DNA of 64,000 nucleotides, taken from positions 8,211-72,210 of the forward strand of contig JAFDWM010000003.1 in the NCBI GenBank assembly GCA_018268455.1, written 5' to 3'. A program made the position numbers and the translations under genes. The DNA comes from Actinomycetota bacterium. GTDB taxonomy: Bacteria > Actinomycetota > Actinomycetes > Actinomycetales > Microbacteriaceae. Of the stretch, positions 1-10,100 are shown one piece after another (within the stretch, counting starts at the first letter, position 1; every line of letters starts with the position of its first letter). Below the pieces are notes generated by a model. It saw only the letters and a list, made by a program, of their open reading frames with translations. It made no database searches and was not told where the DNA came from.

Positions 1-549
1 GATCAGGGCCGTCTGTTCACCGTCGTCGGCGCGATGCTGGAGAACCCGGACGATCCGCTGTGGACCAACCCGAAGATCGGCGTCGCCAGCCGCGAGGAGA
101 TGCTCGCGCTGTCGGCGGGGCAGGCGTACGACGAGCTCGCGAAGGCGCAGGGCGCGGATCCGACGCGGTGGCACTGGGGCGAGCTGCACGCGATCACGCT
201 CACGCACCAGACACTCGGCAAGAGCGGCATCGCGCCGATCGAGTGGCTGTTCAACCGCGGCCCGTTCCCGATCGGCGGTGGATCCTCGCTCGTCGACGCC
301 ACCGGCTGGCCGCTGGGCGGTTCGTATGCGGCGACCACCGTGCCGTCGATGCGGATGGTGGTGGATCTCTCCGACTTCGACGCCTCGACGTGGAACCACC
401 TCACCGGCGCGAGCGGTCACGCCTTCGGCCCGCACTACACCGATCAGACGGAGAACTGGTCGAAGGGGCTGCAGTCGCCGTGGCCGTTCTCGGCGAAGGC
501 CGTCGACAGGGCCGCCGTGGACACCCTCGTGCTCGCGCCGAAGGGCTGA
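1..549 (+). CDS. penicillin acylase (penicillin amidase) family protein, C-terminal part; the 5' end lies outside the window
   Basis: The frame is open from nt 1. The translation (...RWHWGELHAITLTHQTLGKSGIAPIEWLFNRGPFPIGGGSSLVDATGW...SMRMVVDLSDFDASTWNHLTGASGHAFGPHYTDQTENW) resembles the conserved C-terminus of the Ntn-hydrolase penicillin amidase family. Confidence 0.8.
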   Translation, partial: DQGRLFTVVGAMLENPDDPLWTNPKIGVASREEMLALSAGQAYDELAKAQGADPTRWHWGELHAITLTHQTLGKSGIAPIEWLFNRGPFPIGGGSSLVDATGWPLGGSYAATTVPSMRMVVDLSDFDASTWNHLTGASGHAFGPHYTDQTENWSKGLQSPWPFSAKAVDRAAVDTLVLAPKG

Positions 550-609
550 GCCCGCGGCACGCCTGCCGCCGACGCCGACGCCGAGGTGTCCGTGCGGCGG
601 TGCCCGCGA

Positions 610-2106
610 TCAAGGCTCCCAGGTGTGCACGGGATCGCCGGCGTGCATGCGCTCCAGATAGTCGGCGAGCATACCGTGCAGCGCCTCTGAGCGCGTCGCA
701 CCGGCGCGCTCGCGGGCGGCGACGTTCTCCCGCTGCCAGACCGCGCCGTTGCGCCCGGTCAGGCAACGCTGCTCGATGACGCCCAGATACCGGTCTCGCT
801 CGGTCGGATCCACTCCGTACGCGTCGAGGCCCTCCGCCGCCGCGGGCAGCAGCCGACGCAGCACCAGCTCGCGCGGGCCGATCCAGCCCACTTCCGGCCA
901 GTACAGGCGCGACTCGATGCCGTCCCGCGCGGCGGAGTGCAGATTCTCCTCGGCGGCATCGAAGGTCATCTGCGTCCACAGCGGACGGTCGGCGGCGGCG
1001 AGCGCCCGCACCAGGCCGTAGTAGAACGCGGCGTCGGCGAGCACGTCGACGATGCTGGGACCGGCCGGCAGCACCCGATTCTCCAGGCGCAGGTGGTAAC
1101 CGCCGCCGGATCCGTCATAGATCGGACGGTTCCACCGGTACACCGTGCCGTTGTGCATGCGCAGCTCCGACAGCGCTGGCGCACCGCCGCGAGCGAGCAC
1201 CTCGAACGGATCCTCGTCGCTGGTCACCGGCAGCAACGCGGGGAAGTACCGCGAGTTCTCCTCGAACAGGTCGAAGATCGACGTCACCCAGCGCTCCCCG
1301 AACCACACCCGCGGGCGCACGCGCTGGTTCTTCAGCTCGACCGAGCGGGTGTCGGTCGCCTGCTCGAACAGCGGGATGCGCGTCTCGTGCCAGAGCGCCT
1401 TCCCGGCGAAGAAGGGCGAGTTGGCGGCGAGCGCGACCTGCACGCCCGCGATCGCCTGCGCGGAGTTCCAGTACGCGGCGAACTCGGTCGGATCCACCTG
1501 CAGGTGCAGCTGAACCGATGTGCACGCGGCTTCGGGCAGGATCGTGTCGCAGACGATGTCGAGCGTCTCCCTGGCGCCGCCGTCGATGAGCGCCGGTCCG
1601 TCCAGGCGCAGTTCGATGTCCTCGCCGCGGGCGGCGAGGATCTGCTGACTGAGCAGGTCGTACCGCGGATCCGCCGACAGCCATTCCCCGGTGAAGTGAT
1701 GCTCGTCGAGAGTCGGCAGCATGCCGATCATGGCGAGCCCGCAGCCGGTGCCGCGCGCCCTCTCGTCAGCCGCGTTCAGCGAGGTTCGCAGTGCCTGCTC
1801 CAGCTCGGTGACGCTGCTCCCGGCGAGCGGCCGGGGCTCGACGTTGATCTCGATGTTGAACTGGGCGAGCTCGGTCTGGAACGCCGGGTCGGCGATCGCG
1901 TCGAGCGCCGCCGCGTTCGCCATCGCCGGGTCGCAGGCCTCGTCGACCAGGTTGAGCTCGATCTCGAGGCCGAGCCGCGGCTCCGACACCTCGAACTGCC
2001 CGTCCGCGAGCATCACGGCGAGCGCATCCAGACAGCGTGCCGTCTTCTCGCGGAACCTGGTGCGGTCCTGCCGCGTGAAGACGCGTTCGTCGACGTGGTC
2101 TCCCAT
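610..2106 (-). CDS. glutamate--cysteine ligase family 2 (GCS2) / carboxylate-amine ligase
   Basis: 498-aa ORF with non-repetitive composition. The N-terminus ...GLEIELNLVDE... and overall length fit actinobacterial GCS2-type ligases. Confidence 0.8.
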   Translation of the reverse strand: MGDHVDERVFTRQDRTRFREKTARCLDALAVMLADGQFEVSEPRLGLEIELNLVDEACDPAMANAAALDAIADPAFQTELAQFNIEINVEPRPLAGSSVTELEQALRTSLNAADERARGTGCGLAMIGMLPTLDEHHFTGEWLSADPRYDLLSQQILAARGEDIELRLDGPALIDGGARETLDIVCDTILPEAACTSVQLHLQVDPTEFAAYWNSAQAIAGVQVALAANSPFFAGKALWHETRIPLFEQATDTRSVELKNQRVRPRVWFGERWVTSIFDLFEENSRYFPALLPVTSDEDPFEVLARGGAPALSELRMHNGTVYRWNRPIYDGSGGGYHLRLENRVLPAGPSIVDVLADAAFYYGLVRALAAADRPLWTQMTFDAAEENLHSAARDGIESRLYWPEVGWIGPRELVLRRLLPAAAEGLDAYGVDPTERDRYLGVIEQRCLTGRNGAVWQRENVAARERAGATRSEALHGMLADYLERMHAGDPVHTWEP

Positions 2107-2205
2107 GGCGAGAAGCTACTCGACCCGGCGCTGCCGCGTCGAGAGCGGATCCGCGGCGAGGCGCCCGCCTGCCGACAGCCAGTCGCGCCGTCCTACGCTG
2201 GTCAC

Positions 2206-2775
2206 GTGCAGCAGACGACGGTCGACGGGGTGCGGATCGCCTGGGCACGCACAGATCCTGCACCGCTCGGAGCGGACGGCGTGCCCGACCGCAGCGCACC
2301 GGCCGGCAATCGCCGAACCCTCGGGCGGGCGCTGATCACCACCCTGGCGGCCGAGCTCAACCCAGGTTCATCGGTGCGCATCGTGCAACGCTGCGCGGTC
2401 TGCGGCGGACCACACGGGCGCCCGCTGGTGACAGGCGCCGCGCTGATCGCGAGCGTCGCCTACGCGGATCCGTGGGTCGTCGTCGCGGTCACGCCAGAAA
2501 CGCTGCATGCCGCGATCGGCATCGACGCGGAGCGCGACGGAGCTGTCCCAGATCTCACCGCTCTGTTCGGGCCCGCGGATCCGCCCGACCTGCAGGGATG
2601 GACGGCGATCGAGGCGGTGCTCAAGGCCGACGGGCGAGGGATCCTGGCGCCGCCGCAGAACGTCGAGGTCGACAGTTCACGGGGACGCCTGCGGGACGGG
2701 CCATGGTTCACGTTGCATCCGGTACATGACCTTCCCGGCATGATCGTGACGCTGGCGGTCAGCGTGCGGGCGTGA
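2206..2775 (+). CDS. 4'-phosphopantetheinyl transferase (Sfp/EntD type)
   Basis: This is the 3' part of track ORF 937..2775; the upstream part is antisense to the ligase gene. There is an in-frame GTG at 2206. Motifs AIGIDAERDG (GxD..E) and GWTAIEAVLKADGRG (W/F-x-x-x-E-A-x-x-K) are typical of PPTases. Confidence 0.7.
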   Translation: MQQTTVDGVRIAWARTDPAPLGADGVPDRSAPAGNRRTLGRALITTLAAELNPGSSVRIVQRCAVCGGPHGRPLVTGAALIASVAYADPWVVVAVTPETLHAAIGIDAERDGAVPDLTALFGPADPPDLQGWTAIEAVLKADGRGILAPPQNVEVDSSRGRLRDGPWFTLHPVHDLPGMIVTLAVSVRA

Positions 2776-3331
2776 GACCCGCCGCCCACTCATCCACCGT
2801 GAGCACATCGGCCTGACGGGGGAAGACCTTCTCGAGCAGCACGCGGTGCACCTCCGGATCCTGATCCGCGCAGGCGTCCGAGAGCACGGTGAGTCCGAAG
2901 TCGTGATCGGCCGCGTGGCGAACCGTGCTGAGCACGACTCCGCTCGTCGAGACGCCGGCGAGCACGAGATCGGTCGCGTCGAGCCCGCGCAGCAGCACGT
3001 CGAGGTCGGAGGCGAACGCGCCGTACCGCCGCTTGACGACGACGGGCTCTCCGGGCAGCGGCGCGAGAGCGGCGACGATCTGCGTCGCGGCCGCGGTCTC
3101 GGTCATATGCGGGGCCGTGGGCGACTGCCTGATCGCGCCGAAGGCCTTGTTGCGCGCGGCCGCCTCGGGGAAGCCCTCGCGGAAGGCGACACGGACGAAG
3201 ACGACGGGAATGCCGGCGGCTCGAGCGGCGGCGAGGGCGCGCTGCGCGTGCACGATCACGTCGGAGCCGCCCTCGGCATAGCGCCCGGCGATGCCGTTCT
3301 GGAAGTCCATGAGCAGAAGTGCGGTGGTCAT
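2759..3331 (-). CDS. isochorismatase-family cysteine hydrolase
   Basis: MTTALLLMDFQNGI...VVVKRRYGAFASDLDVLLRGLDATDLVLAGVSTSGVVLSTVRHAADHDF matches the isochorismatase-like fold pattern. The start is taken at the internal ATG (MTTALLL); the track ORF extends to 3376. Confidence 0.85.
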   Translation of the reverse strand: MTTALLLMDFQNGIAGRYAEGGSDVIVHAQRALAAARAAGIPVVFVRVAFREGFPEAAARNKAFGAIRQSPTAPHMTETAAATQIVAALAPLPGEPVVVKRRYGAFASDLDVLLRGLDATDLVLAGVSTSGVVLSTVRHAADHDFGLTVLSDACADQDPEVHRVLLEKVFPRQADVLTVDEWAAGLTPAR

Positions 3332-3398
3332 CGCGGGCCCTTCCGAGTTCACAGCAGGGTTATTAGGCAGGTGCAACTGTGCAGTTTAGACTGTTGAT

Positions 3399-3851
3399 AT
3401 GCGCGAGAACGATCCCGCCGCTGATGCATCCGCTGTGAGCGCGCCGCAGACCGCGCTCGACCTGTGGGCTGTCGTCGCGCGGCTGCTCCGCCAGTTCCGC
3501 GAGGTCGGCGCCGATGAGACGATCACCCCGTCGCAGGCCTCGGCGCTGGCCCGGCTCGGCAAGGGCGGCGTCTCGACCGTGAGCGCCCTCGCGAGCGCTG
3601 AGCGGGTGCGCCCGCAGTCGATGGCCGCGACGGTCGAGGCGCTCGAGGCACGGGGGTTCGTCACCCGCACGCCGGATCCGGGTGACGGACGCCGCCAGAT
3701 CATCGAGCTCACCGACTCGGGGCGGGCAAGAGTCGCCGGCCAGCGGGATGCGGCCGCGACCTGGCTCGAGCACGCGCTCACGACCCTCGACCCAGACGAG
3801 CTGCACACGATCTCCTCGGCCACCGCGCTGCTGGAGCGGATGCTGCCGTGA
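3399..3851 (+). CDS. MarR family transcriptional regulator
   Basis: 150 aa with a winged-HTH pattern (ITPSQASALARLGKGGVSTVSALASAERVRPQSMAATVEALEARGFVTRTPDPGDGRRQIIELT). Confidence 0.9.
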   Translation: MRENDPAADASAVSAPQTALDLWAVVARLLRQFREVGADETITPSQASALARLGKGGVSTVSALASAERVRPQSMAATVEALEARGFVTRTPDPGDGRRQIIELTDSGRARVAGQRDAAATWLEHALTTLDPDELHTISSATALLERMLP

Positions 3852-3867
3852 CCCGGACGCTGCCCTG

Positions 3868-5286
3868 ATGCCCGCGTTCGCCCCGCCGATCGGCGGCCCC
3901 GCCCCCGCGGGCCGCTTCGACCGGCGATTGCTCGCGCCGATGATGATCGGCGCGATCCTCAACCCGATCAACACGGCGATCATCGCCGTCGCGCTCACAC
4001 CGATCGGCGTCGCGCTCGGGGCACCCGCCAGCGAGACGGTATGGCTGGTGTCGAGCCTGTACCTCGCCACCGCGATCGGGCAGCCGCTCGTGGGCCGCCT
4101 CGTCGACGTCTTCGGCGTGCGCTCGCTCTTCCTGCTGGGCGCCGTGCTCGTCGCAGCCGCCGGGGCGATCGGCTTGTTCGCTCCGGAGAACCGTGACAGC
4201 ATCTGGTGGCTGGTCGCGGCACGGGTGATCCTGGGACTCGGCACGTGCGCCGGTTATCCCGCGGCGATGCACATGATCCGTGCGGAGGGCGACCGCACCG
4301 GTCTCGCCTCCCCCGCCGGCATCCTCACCCTGCTGTCGGTGACGACGCAGACCATCGCGGTGATCGCCCCGGCGCTCGGCGGCCTGCTCATCGGCGCCTG
4401 GGGCTGGCGGGCGACGTTCGCCGTGAACATCCCGCTCGGGGTCGCGTCGCTGCTGCTGGGCGCACTCTTCTTCCCGCGGCGCACGGGACTGGAGCCCGCG
4501 CCGGAGCACCGTCCGCGCATCGACGGCATCGGGATCCTGCTCTTCGCCATCGGGATGCTGGCGCTGCTGGTGTTCCTGCAGAACATCTCGCCGGCGCTGC
4601 TCTGGCTGCTTGCGGTCGCCCTGTTCGCGGGCGTCGCGTTCGTGTGGTGGGAGCGACGGATCCCGGATCCGTTCATCGACGTGCGCGTGCTCTCCGGCAA
4701 TGTGCCGCTGCTGCTCAGCTACGTGCGCTCGCTGCTGACCGCGACGATCTCGTACACGTTCGTGTACGGCTTCACGCAGTGGCTGGAGGACGGCCGCGGC
4801 CTCACCCCGACGGTCGCCGGGCTCGTGCTGCTGCCAGTGTTCGCGGCGGGTGTCGCGGTCGCGCTCGCGTTCGGACGCCGGCCCGAGGTGGTCTGGAAGC
4901 TGCTGGTCGGATCCACCGCGCAGCTGATCGCCGGACTCCTTGTGCTGTTCATGACCGGATCCTCGCCGATCTGGTTCCTGGTGCTGGCGATGCTGGTGCT
5001 CGGGATCCCGCAGGGGCTGAACAACCTCGCGATCCAGAACGCGCTCTACTACCAGGCCGAGCCCGCGCGCATCGCCTCCTCGGCGGGCCTGCTGCGCACG
5101 TTCTTCTACCTCGGGGCGATCATCTCGGCCGTGATCTACGGCAACGTCTACGGCGCGAGGGCGACGACCGCCGGCCTGCACACCCTGGGCTGGGTCGTCG
5201 TCGGGATCGCCGTACTGTTCCTGCTCATCACCGTGTTCGACCGGTCGCTCGCGCGGATCGGGAGGGGGACGCACACGGCGGGCTGA
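3868..5286 (+). CDS. MFS transporter
   Basis: In-frame ATG at 3868, 17 nt after the MarR stop. The product is polytopic and hydrophobic with MFS-like loops (GRLVDVFGVRSLFLLG). The track ORF start at 3682 overlaps marR and is unlikely. Confidence 0.85.
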   Translation: MPAFAPPIGGPAPAGRFDRRLLAPMMIGAILNPINTAIIAVALTPIGVALGAPASETVWLVSSLYLATAIGQPLVGRLVDVFGVRSLFLLGAVLVAAAGAIGLFAPENRDSIWWLVAARVILGLGTCAGYPAAMHMIRAEGDRTGLASPAGILTLLSVTTQTIAVIAPALGGLLIGAWGWRATFAVNIPLGVASLLLGALFFPRRTGLEPAPEHRPRIDGIGILLFAIGMLALLVFLQNISPALLWLLAVALFAGVAFVWWERRIPDPFIDVRVLSGNVPLLLSYVRSLLTATISYTFVYGFTQWLEDGRGLTPTVAGLVLLPVFAAGVAVALAFGRRPEVVWKLLVGSTAQLIAGLLVLFMTGSSPIWFLVLAMLVLGIPQGLNNLAIQNALYYQAEPARIASSAGLLRTFFYLGAIISAVIYGNVYGARATTAGLHTLGWVVVGIAVLFLLITVFDRSLARIGRGTHTAG

Positions 5287-5357
5287 CCTGTGTCGCACGC
5301 TGTGACGAAGTGGCGATGGGCGCACGTGCTCCGGTAGACCTGAGCCGGAGGCATCCC

Positions 5358-5678
5358 ATGTACACGTCGACGTTCATCTTCGAGGCGAAGCCCTACGATG
5401 CGGAGTTCCACCGGTTCAACGACGAGATCGCCGAGCGTGCGCGGGCGATCCCGGGGTTCCTCGGCGAGGAGGACTGGTACAACGCCGAAATCGGGCTGCA
5501 CTCCGAGGTCTACTACTGGGAGACGCGCGAGGCCATGCAGCAGCTCATCGGGATGCCCGTGCACCGCGAGGCCAAGCGCCTTCATGAGCGCTGGATCGGC
5601 CCGTACCGGGTGGTGATCGGTGAGGTCCTCTCCACCTACGGGCAACCGGGACTCGGGCTCGCCCACGTCCCGGAGTGA
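5358..5678 (+). CDS. antibiotic-biosynthesis-monooxygenase (ABM)-like small protein
   Basis: 106-aa ORF at the 3' end of track ORF 4206..5678, starting MYTSTFIFEAKPYDAEFHRFNDEI... Its size and ferredoxin-like pattern fit the ABM/Dabb superfamily. Confidence 0.6.
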   Translation: MYTSTFIFEAKPYDAEFHRFNDEIAERARAIPGFLGEEDWYNAEIGLHSEVYYWETREAMQQLIGMPVHREAKRLHERWIGPYRVVIGEVLSTYGQPGLGLAHVPE

Positions 5679-5723
5679 GGCTGCCGGAAGCGGAGCGGTC
5701 GGGATCCTCCCGTCCCGGCGAAG

Positions 5724-7106
5724 TCACGGTGTCGCGCGCGGATTCACGTTCAGGGCCTGGGTGATCGGGGCCGGCTCGACGTCGGGGGCGTCCGACGACA
5801 GGGCCGGGAGGGGCGGCAGGGCGAGACCGTCGAGCCAGGCGTCGAAGAACGCCTCCAGACGCCGACCGGCGATCGAGGCCGCAAGCTCACGGAAGTCGGC
5901 CGTGGTCGCCGTGCCGCCCCCGAAGCGCCCCGTCCAGGCGCGGAGGATCCCGAAGAACGTGTCGTCGCCGACGGTGAGCCGCAGGGCGTGCAGCAGCAGG
6001 GCGCCGCGCTTGTAGACCCGGTCGTCGAACATGAGCTCCGGGCCGGGATCCGACAGCCGCAGGTCCTGCGGCTCGGCCGCGAGCGCCGCCCAGTGCCCGA
6101 GCGCCTTGGCGTGCGCGGAATGCGAGCCCTTCGCCTCCGACCAGATCCACTCGGCGTAGCAGGCGAAGCCCTCGTTCAGCCAGATCTCCCGCCAGCGGGC
6201 GACGCCGACGCTGTTGCCGAACCACTGGTGGGCGAGCTCGTGTGCGATGAGGCGCTCCAGGCTCCCCTTGCCGTCGATGTGGTTCGCGCCGAACACACCC
6301 ATGCCTTGCGCCTCGAGCGGGATCTCCAGGTCGTCGGCCGTCACCACGAGGCGATACGACGGCAGCGGATAGGGGCCGAAGGCCTCCGCGAACACGGCCA
6401 TCATGCGCGGCAGCGGAGCGAGATCCGCCTGTGCCCGGGCTGCCAGCGAGGCCGGGTGCAGCACCTGCCCCTCGACACCGGCGAGGTCCATGCCCCGAGC
6501 GACATATTTTCCGATCTGCACCGTCGCAAGGTAGGTGGGCGTGGGCGTCGAGCGCTCGAACACCCAGGTGGTGCGACCACCCTTCGTCGTCGTGGACACC
6601 GGTTCCGCAGCAGCGACCGTGTAGCCGGGGTCCGTCGTGACGGCGAGCCGATAGGTCGCCTTGTCGGAGGGGTGGTCGTTGCAGGGGAACCACGAGGGTG
6701 CGCCGACGGGCTGGGAGGCGACGATCGCGCCGTCCTCCAGCTCCTCCCAGCCGAGCGTGCCCCAGCGCGTGCGGCGCGGGCGCGGAGCCCCACCGTACGA
6801 GACGGTGAGCTCGAACGGATCCCCCGCCGCCAGCCCGCGGCCGAAGGCGACCTTGAGCTTGCGGTCGGTCTGGGTGAAGCCGATGCGGCCGCCCTTGCCC
6901 GCGCCTCCGCGCGGCGACTGCACCTTGGTCGCGCGGAGGCCGACGAGGTCCAGCGAGATCGACTTCGCCGCCTCGAGCATGCGCCCGCGCACGACCGCGA
7001 CGCCGTCCAGCCGATTCGTGCCGAGGCGGTAGTCGATGCTCAGGTCGTAGTGCTCGACGCGGTAGCGGCGGTCGCCACTGTGCGGGGTGTAGTCGTCGGG
7101 GCTCAC
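5724..7106 (-). CDS. M1 family zinc metallopeptidase (aminopeptidase N-like)
   Basis: 460 aa carrying HELAHQWFGN followed by WLNEGFACY, which is the gluzincin HEXXH-(18)-E signature of family M1. Confidence 0.9.
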   Translation of the reverse strand: MSPDDYTPHSGDRRYRVEHYDLSIDYRLGTNRLDGVAVVRGRMLEAAKSISLDLVGLRATKVQSPRGGAGKGGRIGFTQTDRKLKVAFGRGLAAGDPFELTVSYGGAPRPRRTRWGTLGWEELEDGAIVASQPVGAPSWFPCNDHPSDKATYRLAVTTDPGYTVAAAEPVSTTTKGGRTTWVFERSTPTPTYLATVQIGKYVARGMDLAGVEGQVLHPASLAARAQADLAPLPRMMAVFAEAFGPYPLPSYRLVVTADDLEIPLEAQGMGVFGANHIDGKGSLERLIAHELAHQWFGNSVGVARWREIWLNEGFACYAEWIWSEAKGSHSAHAKALGHWAALAAEPQDLRLSDPGPELMFDDRVYKRGALLLHALRLTVGDDTFFGILRAWTGRFGGGTATTADFRELAASIAGRRLEAFFDAWLDGLALPPLPALSSDAPDVEPAPITQALNVNPRATP

Positions 7107-7148
7107 TGTTCCATGCTCACAGATCGCGGGCGTGCGCGCGGGGCGGAC

Positions 7149-10100
7149 TCACTCCGCGTCCTGGTAGCTGCGCACCTTCACCGCACGCCACGGACCGATC
7201 GGGTTGCCGCTCCAGCGGCTGCCGACGGGCACGGTCTCCCCGCGCATGACGAGCGACGCGGGGCCGACTGTCGCATCGGATCCGATCGTCGCGGCGGGCA
7301 GGATCACGCTGTGCGGGCCGAGGGTGGCGCCCGCCTCGAGGGTGACCGTGTCGATGCTCATCACGCGGTCGTGGAAGAGGTGGGTCTGCACCACGCAGCC
7401 GCGGTTGACCGTGGCGCCGTCGCCGAGGGTGACGAGATCGGGCTCGGGCAGCCAGTAGCTGTCGGTCCAGACGCCCTTGCCGATCGTGGCGCCGAGTGAG
7501 CGCAGCCACACGGCGAGCGCGGGTGTGCCCGCCGCCGCGTTCGCGAACCACGGGGCGGCCATCATCTCGGTGAACGTGTCTGCCACCTCGGTGCGCCACA
7601 CGAAGCTCGACCACAGCGGGTGCTCGCCCGGACGGATCGGGCCGACGAAGATCCATTTCGCCGCGGTCGCGAATCCCGCGGCGACGGCGCCGGCGACCAG
7701 CAGCACGAGCCCGGAGAGCACCACCGTCCACCCCAGGCCGAGGCTCGCGGCCAGCGCGGCGAGCGTGAGCAGCACCGCCAGTCCGAGCGCGCAGGTGAGG
7801 ATCACGGGCACGATCCGGCACAGCTCCCACAGGCCCCGGGCGACCCGCAGCGCGGTGCGCGGGCGGTAGGTGCGCTCGAGATCCGACTCGTTCACGACCC
7901 GACGCAGACGTACCGGCGGCGAACCCAGCCAGGAGGAACCCGCCTTCGCCTTGTCGGGCGCGACCGAGAGCACCGCGACGAGGCCGTCCTTGGGCACCTT
8001 GTGCCCGGCGCCCGCCATGCCGGAGTTGCCGAGGAAGGCGCGTTTGCCGATGCGCGCCGCGGCGATCCGCATCCAGCCCCCGCCGAGCTCGTAGGACGCG
8101 ACCATCGTGTCGTCGGCGAGGAAGGCGCCGTCATCGATCGTCGTCATCGACGGGATCAGCAGCACGGTGGAGATCTCCACCTCCTTGCCGACCTTCGCCC
8201 CGAGCAGACGCAGCCAGGTGGGGGTGAGCAGGCTCGCATAGAGCGGGAAGAGCAGGGTGCGGGCGGAGTCGAGCAGGCGCTCGGTGGTCCAGGCCTGCCA
8301 GGCGATCCGGCCGCGGACCGGATGGATGCCCTCCCGCAGCCCGATCGAGAGCAGGCGGGTCGCGGCCACGACGAGCCCGGCGAACACGAACCCGGTGAGC
8401 AGCACGGCCGGCACCAGCCACGCGGCGAGCGCCGGCAGCGCGGCCGCGAGCGAAGCGGCACCACGCGCGCCCTGCACGAGCAGCAGCGCACCCGCGGCGA
8501 ACGCGAGCACCGGCAGCAGCCCGAGGCCCATGCTCGATGCGGCATATGCCCACAGCCAGCGCCGCGGGGTGGGCGGACGCTCGGGCGCGAGCGGGGCGGA
8601 CTTGCCGCCCACGCGCACCGCGGGAGAGCCGGCCCAGCGCTGTCCGGCGCGCACCCGGCCGAACACGGCGGATCCGGGCGCGACCTCGGCGCCGCGGCCG
8701 ATGCGGGTGCCGGGGGCGAGCGTGCTGCGCGCGCCCACCACCGCTCCCGCCCCGATGCGGATCCCGCCGATGCGCACCGTGTCGCCGTCGATCCAATAGC
8801 CGGAGAGGTCGACCTCAGGCTCGATCGCCGCGCCCCGGCCGATGTCGAGCATGCCGGTCACGGGCGGCAGCGTGTGCAGGTCGACGTCGGGGCCGATCTT
8901 CGCCCCGAGCGCCCTCGCGTAGTAGCTCACCCAGGGCGCGCCGGCGAAGCCGACCGGGTCGATCTGGTGACTCACCTGCTCGGCGAGCCACAGGCGCAGA
9001 TGCACACCGCCGCCGCGCGGGTGGTCTCCGGCCCGCACGCCGACGAGCAGCAGCCGCGCGGCGCCGGCGGCGATCGCCATCCGCCCGAACGGGGTCGCGA
9101 ACACCACGAGCCCGGCGATCAGCAGCCACAGCGGCGCGCTCGGCAGCCACTCGAACCCCGGCACCAGGTGCAGGAACGCGCTGCCGGTGAGCAGCCAGAG
9201 CAGCCAGCGGATCCCGCCGAGCACGAACAGCGGCACCCCGAGCAGAGTCTGGATCCACTGCATCCGCCGCGGCGTCGGACGCGAGGAGTGGAACTCAGCC
9301 GGCTCGTCGTCCTCGTCGCCGGCATCGGCCTCGACGGCGTCGGCCATGCGTCGCAGGCGCGGCAGGTCGTACACGTCGGCCATCGTGAAATCGGGCGCGC
9401 GGGACCGGATCCGGCTCACCAGCTGCGCGGCCGCGAGGGATCCGCCGCCGAGCTGGAAGAAGTCGGCGTCCTCGTCGAGCGGACGGGTGCCGAGCACCGC
9501 GAACCACTGCTCCGCGAGCCAGGCCGCGGTGCCGGTGAGGGTGGAGTCGTCGGCATCCGGATCCGTGAGCGGCCAGGGCAGCGCCGCCTTGTCTACCTTG
9601 CCCGAGGTGCGCACCGGCAGCTCGTCCATGACCGCGAGCAGCGGGATGAGCGGGGCCGGGAGCGTCTCGGCGAGCTCGGCACGCGCGGTCTGCCGCTCGA
9701 ACCCCTCGGTCGGCACCACGTAGCCGACGAGCAGGGGGATCCCGCCCTCGCTGCGCTGCACGACGACGGTCGCCGCCGTGACGGCGGTGAGGTTCTGCAG
9801 CGCGGCCTCGACCTCACCGAGCTCGATCCGCCGGCCGCCGATCTTGACCTGGTCATCGGCGCGGCCCTGGAACACCAGCCCGGCCTGCTCATACCGCACG
9901 AGGTCCCCGGAGCGGTAGGCGCGGTCCCAGCCCAGCGACGGCATCGGCGCGTACTTCTCCGCGTCCTTCACCGGATCCAGATACCGTGCGAGGCCGACGC
10001 CGCCTATCACCAGCTCCCCGGCCTCGCCCTCTGCGACGCGGTTGCCCTCGGCGTCGACGACCGCGAGCTCCCAGCCGTCCAACGGCAGCCCGATCCGCAC

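Noticed and set aside
937-2205. N-terminal two-thirds of the 612-aa ORF 937..2775
   Set aside because: It is antisense to the GCS2 ligase gene and compositionally non-protein-like. Only the 3' 570 nt (the PPTase) were kept.
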